Positions 61,331 through 64,000 of a stretch of DNA of 64,000 nt are shown here, in pieces. The notes beneath the pieces were generated by a model. That model had not been told where the DNA came from. It worked only from the letters and a program-made list of their open reading frames with translations, and did not search any database. Every line of letters starts with the position of its first letter. Position 1 is the first letter of the stretch. Position numbers and translations under genes: made by a program. Source of the stretch: Cladosporium halotolerans (taxonomy: Eukaryota); assembly GCF_011745625.1 (NCBI RefSeq), contig NW_027191467.1:248001-312000 (forward strand), in the 5' to 3' direction.

Positions 61331-63023
61331 ATGTCTGACGACGATGACTTCATGCAGGCGTCCGATGATGAGAAGTATGAATTACTGAGTGACGATGTCC
61401 CAATCGGCTACTGACGTGTCACAGCTATGATTTCGAGTACGAAGACGACGATGATGCCGAGGAGGGAGGGGACGTGGACGTGGAAAACAAATACTACAAT
61501 GCGAAGCAAATGAAAGCCGATGCACCGGAAGAGGCGATAGAGGAGTTCCTGGGAGTGCCGGCGTTGGAAGAGGAAAAAGGCGACTGGGGTTTCAAAGGCC
61601 TGAAACAGGCTATTAAATTGGAGTTCACACTGGGGAGATACGATAAGGTGGGTAGTCGGACAACTTACGTCTTGGGGCAAATGTTGACGCTTTCCACAGG
61701 CAGTCGAGCATTACACGGAGCTCTTGACCTATGTCAAGTCTGCGGTCACTCGCAACTACTCGGAAAAGTCGATCAACAACATGCTGGACTTCATCGAGAA
61801 GAATGCGGGTGACGAGGCGGCGAACCAGTGCATGGAGAAGTTCTACTCCAAAACACTCGAATCATTCCAGGCCACAAACAACGAGCGGTTATGGCTCTCT
61901 ACCAACACCAAGCTCGCCAGGCTTTGGCTTGCACAGAAAGACTACAACCGCTTGACCGAGAAAGTCAGGGAGCTCCACAAGGCATGTCAGCGCGAAGACG
62001 GTACAGACGACCCCAGCAAAGGCACATACTCTATGGAAGCATATGCCCTTGAGATTCAGATGTACGCAGAAACGCGGAACAACAAACGCCTGAAGGTATG
62101 TCCGTCGATATCCTGAGTGCGAAAATCGCAACTGATCTTCTCGCAGGGCTTGTACCAACGCGCACTCAAAGTCCGCTCCGCGGTGCCTCATCCTAAGATC
62201 ATGGGTATCATTCGTGAGTGCGGTGGAAAGATGCACATGAGCGAAGGTAAGCAATGGCAATCTGTGCAGACACGTCAGCTCATATTGACTAACCCAATCA
62301 TCAGAGAACTGGAACGAGGCGCAAAGTGACTTCTTCGAGTCTTTCCGCAACTACGACGAGGCCGGATCTCTCCAGCGAATCCAGGTCCTCAAGTACCTCG
62401 TACTTACGACAATGCTCATGGGCTCCGACATCAACCCTTTCGACTCGCAGGAAACGAAACCGTACAAGAACGATCCTCGCATTGCAGCAATGACCGAACT
62501 CGTGGACGCCTATCAAAACGATCGAATTCACCAGTACGAGGCAATTCTGACGAAGAACAAGGATCTCCTCGCGGACCCGTTCATTGCGGAGAACATCGAC
62601 GAAGTGACACGCAACATGCGCACCAAAGCCGTGGTTAAACTTGTCGCGCCGTACACGCGCTTCAAGTTAGATTTCATCGCCAAGCGTCTCAACATCTCGA
62701 CCCCTGAGGTGCAGGATATCGTTGGCTTCCTCATCATGGACGGACAGCTGCGTGGCAAGATCAACCAGGATGCCGGGACGGTTGAGATCGAGAGTCGCGC
62801 GGATACAGATCGGATGCACGCCGTCGCGGACTGGACCAGCGCGATCCGCTCCCTGGCCTCCTTTGTACTCAACGAGAGCGAGGGTTTCAAGGCTGACGAG
62901 ATGGGCGCCTCGCTCGGCGCCGGGCCCCAGGGGCTGTCAGCTGGGCCGGAAGGCTTCGCGCCCTCACAACGCGTCGCCGCCGGCGGTGGCAGGCGAAAGC
63001 CGCACCGAGCAGCAGGGAAATGA
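61331..63023 (+). CDS. CSN2: COP9 signalosome subunit 2 (PCI domain)
   Basis: [82 protein letters not shown]. Four GT-AG introns. Confidence 0.97.
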
Positions 63024-64000
63024 CTTGCATGCGCGTCTTCGCCGTGAAGCGCCTCTTGCGCGAGATCCGCCAATCGATGACCCCGTGGCTCTGCGCCTCC
63101 AGGCTGCAGGCCCCTCCACTTACAGTTAGACGAATGATTCACGAAATACGACTCGACGGACAGTTGCACGGTGGCTGCGCGCGCGCTGAAGATGTGTCGC
63201 CTGCTTTTCCCACCACACAGGCGCGCAGCAGAGTTGCACAAGGCGCACCAGTCAAATTCCGCTGCGTTGGGAGACCGGGGGAGGCAGGAGCAGGAGCAGT
63301 GTTCATGCGGCGCGCGACGGCCGGACTTCTTCGGCGTGCTGTGCGCGACCTACAGCCGTCGTCGCACAAGGGAGCGAGCTGGGCTGGCTGGCTGCTGAGC
63401 GACATGCGCGTAGGCGGCGCTGGCTGGCTCTCGGGAGCTGCCATCACGCTGTGTGGCCCTTTTCTCCGCTCGCTCGCTCGTCGCTTGCACGCCTCGGTTG
63501 CTTTTCGCTAGTCAGGTCGCAGATAGCTAGCTAGGTCGTATCGTAGCAGAAACGCCGTGCGAGACGAGACAAAGGCCGCTTGCCTGCCTGCCTGCCTGTC
63601 TGCATCCCCCCCACCATCCTTCATCTCATCCCACAGTCCCACGCCCGGCGGTGCTCGCTCCGGAACGCAGCGCCCTGCGCAATTTAAAAAGAAAAAAGTC
63701 TCCCGACTCACGTAGCCTCCAGTAATCCCAGCCCGATCCGCTGCCTCCCCGTGCGTACAGTGGTCACAGTCAGTCAGCAAAGAGTCCCAGCACCGCGATC
63801 GCGAAACCCTGCCTATAGCACCCACTACAGCCAAGCCGCCCCGCCCGCGGGCTCGCCTATCGCCTTTCCGCAGAAACTAAATCTGCCCACGGCGCCATCG
63901 GGGCTGCACGACCCCTGCTCCCGGCGGGCCAATCACGACCCCGGTTGCCGGACGACATGCGTGCGTCGTGGGCTACGGCCTACGGCCTACAGGATTCATT

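Noticed and set aside
63020..64000. ORFs downstream of CSN2
   Set aside because: GC-rich, non-coding-looking translations; probably UTR or promoter of a gene beyond the window.

Overview
This is a gene-dense, intron-containing region from a filamentous ascomycete (Pezizomycotina; Dothideomycete-like is a guess). It holds about 24 protein-coding loci. Housekeeping genes: AIM24, RPL28/uL15, MRPL19/uL11m, AUR1, an acetyl-CoA transporter, SEC2, a SUR7/PalI protein, MET1, CWC25 and CSN2. Accessory genes: a Zn2Cys6-FAD oxidoreductase-MFS trio, a PTH11-like protein, a heme-thiolate peroxidase, a PL1 pectate lyase, a GH43, a second MFS, a LysM protein and a GtaA-type glutaminase. No intact mobile element, rRNA or CRISPR array was seen. 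Main observations: (1) the pectate lyase only reads in frame through a nested [D1,2] spliceosomal twin intron (stwintron) at 30464-30644; (2) an unannotated, hairpin-rich element of about 195 nt with box A, box B and a T5 run at 59409-59604 looks like a Pol III RNA gene but does not fold as a normal tRNA; (3) an 11-mer repeat LEA-like protein has six introns that are all phase 1; (4) a secreted protein has four Cys-pair modules; (5) C-rich to G-rich strand-skew switches recur independently of gene direction; (6) the MFS and peroxygenase genes carry single frameshifts, and a decayed gene lies at 27.8-28.2 kb. All calls come from reading the sequence by eye; no searches were run.
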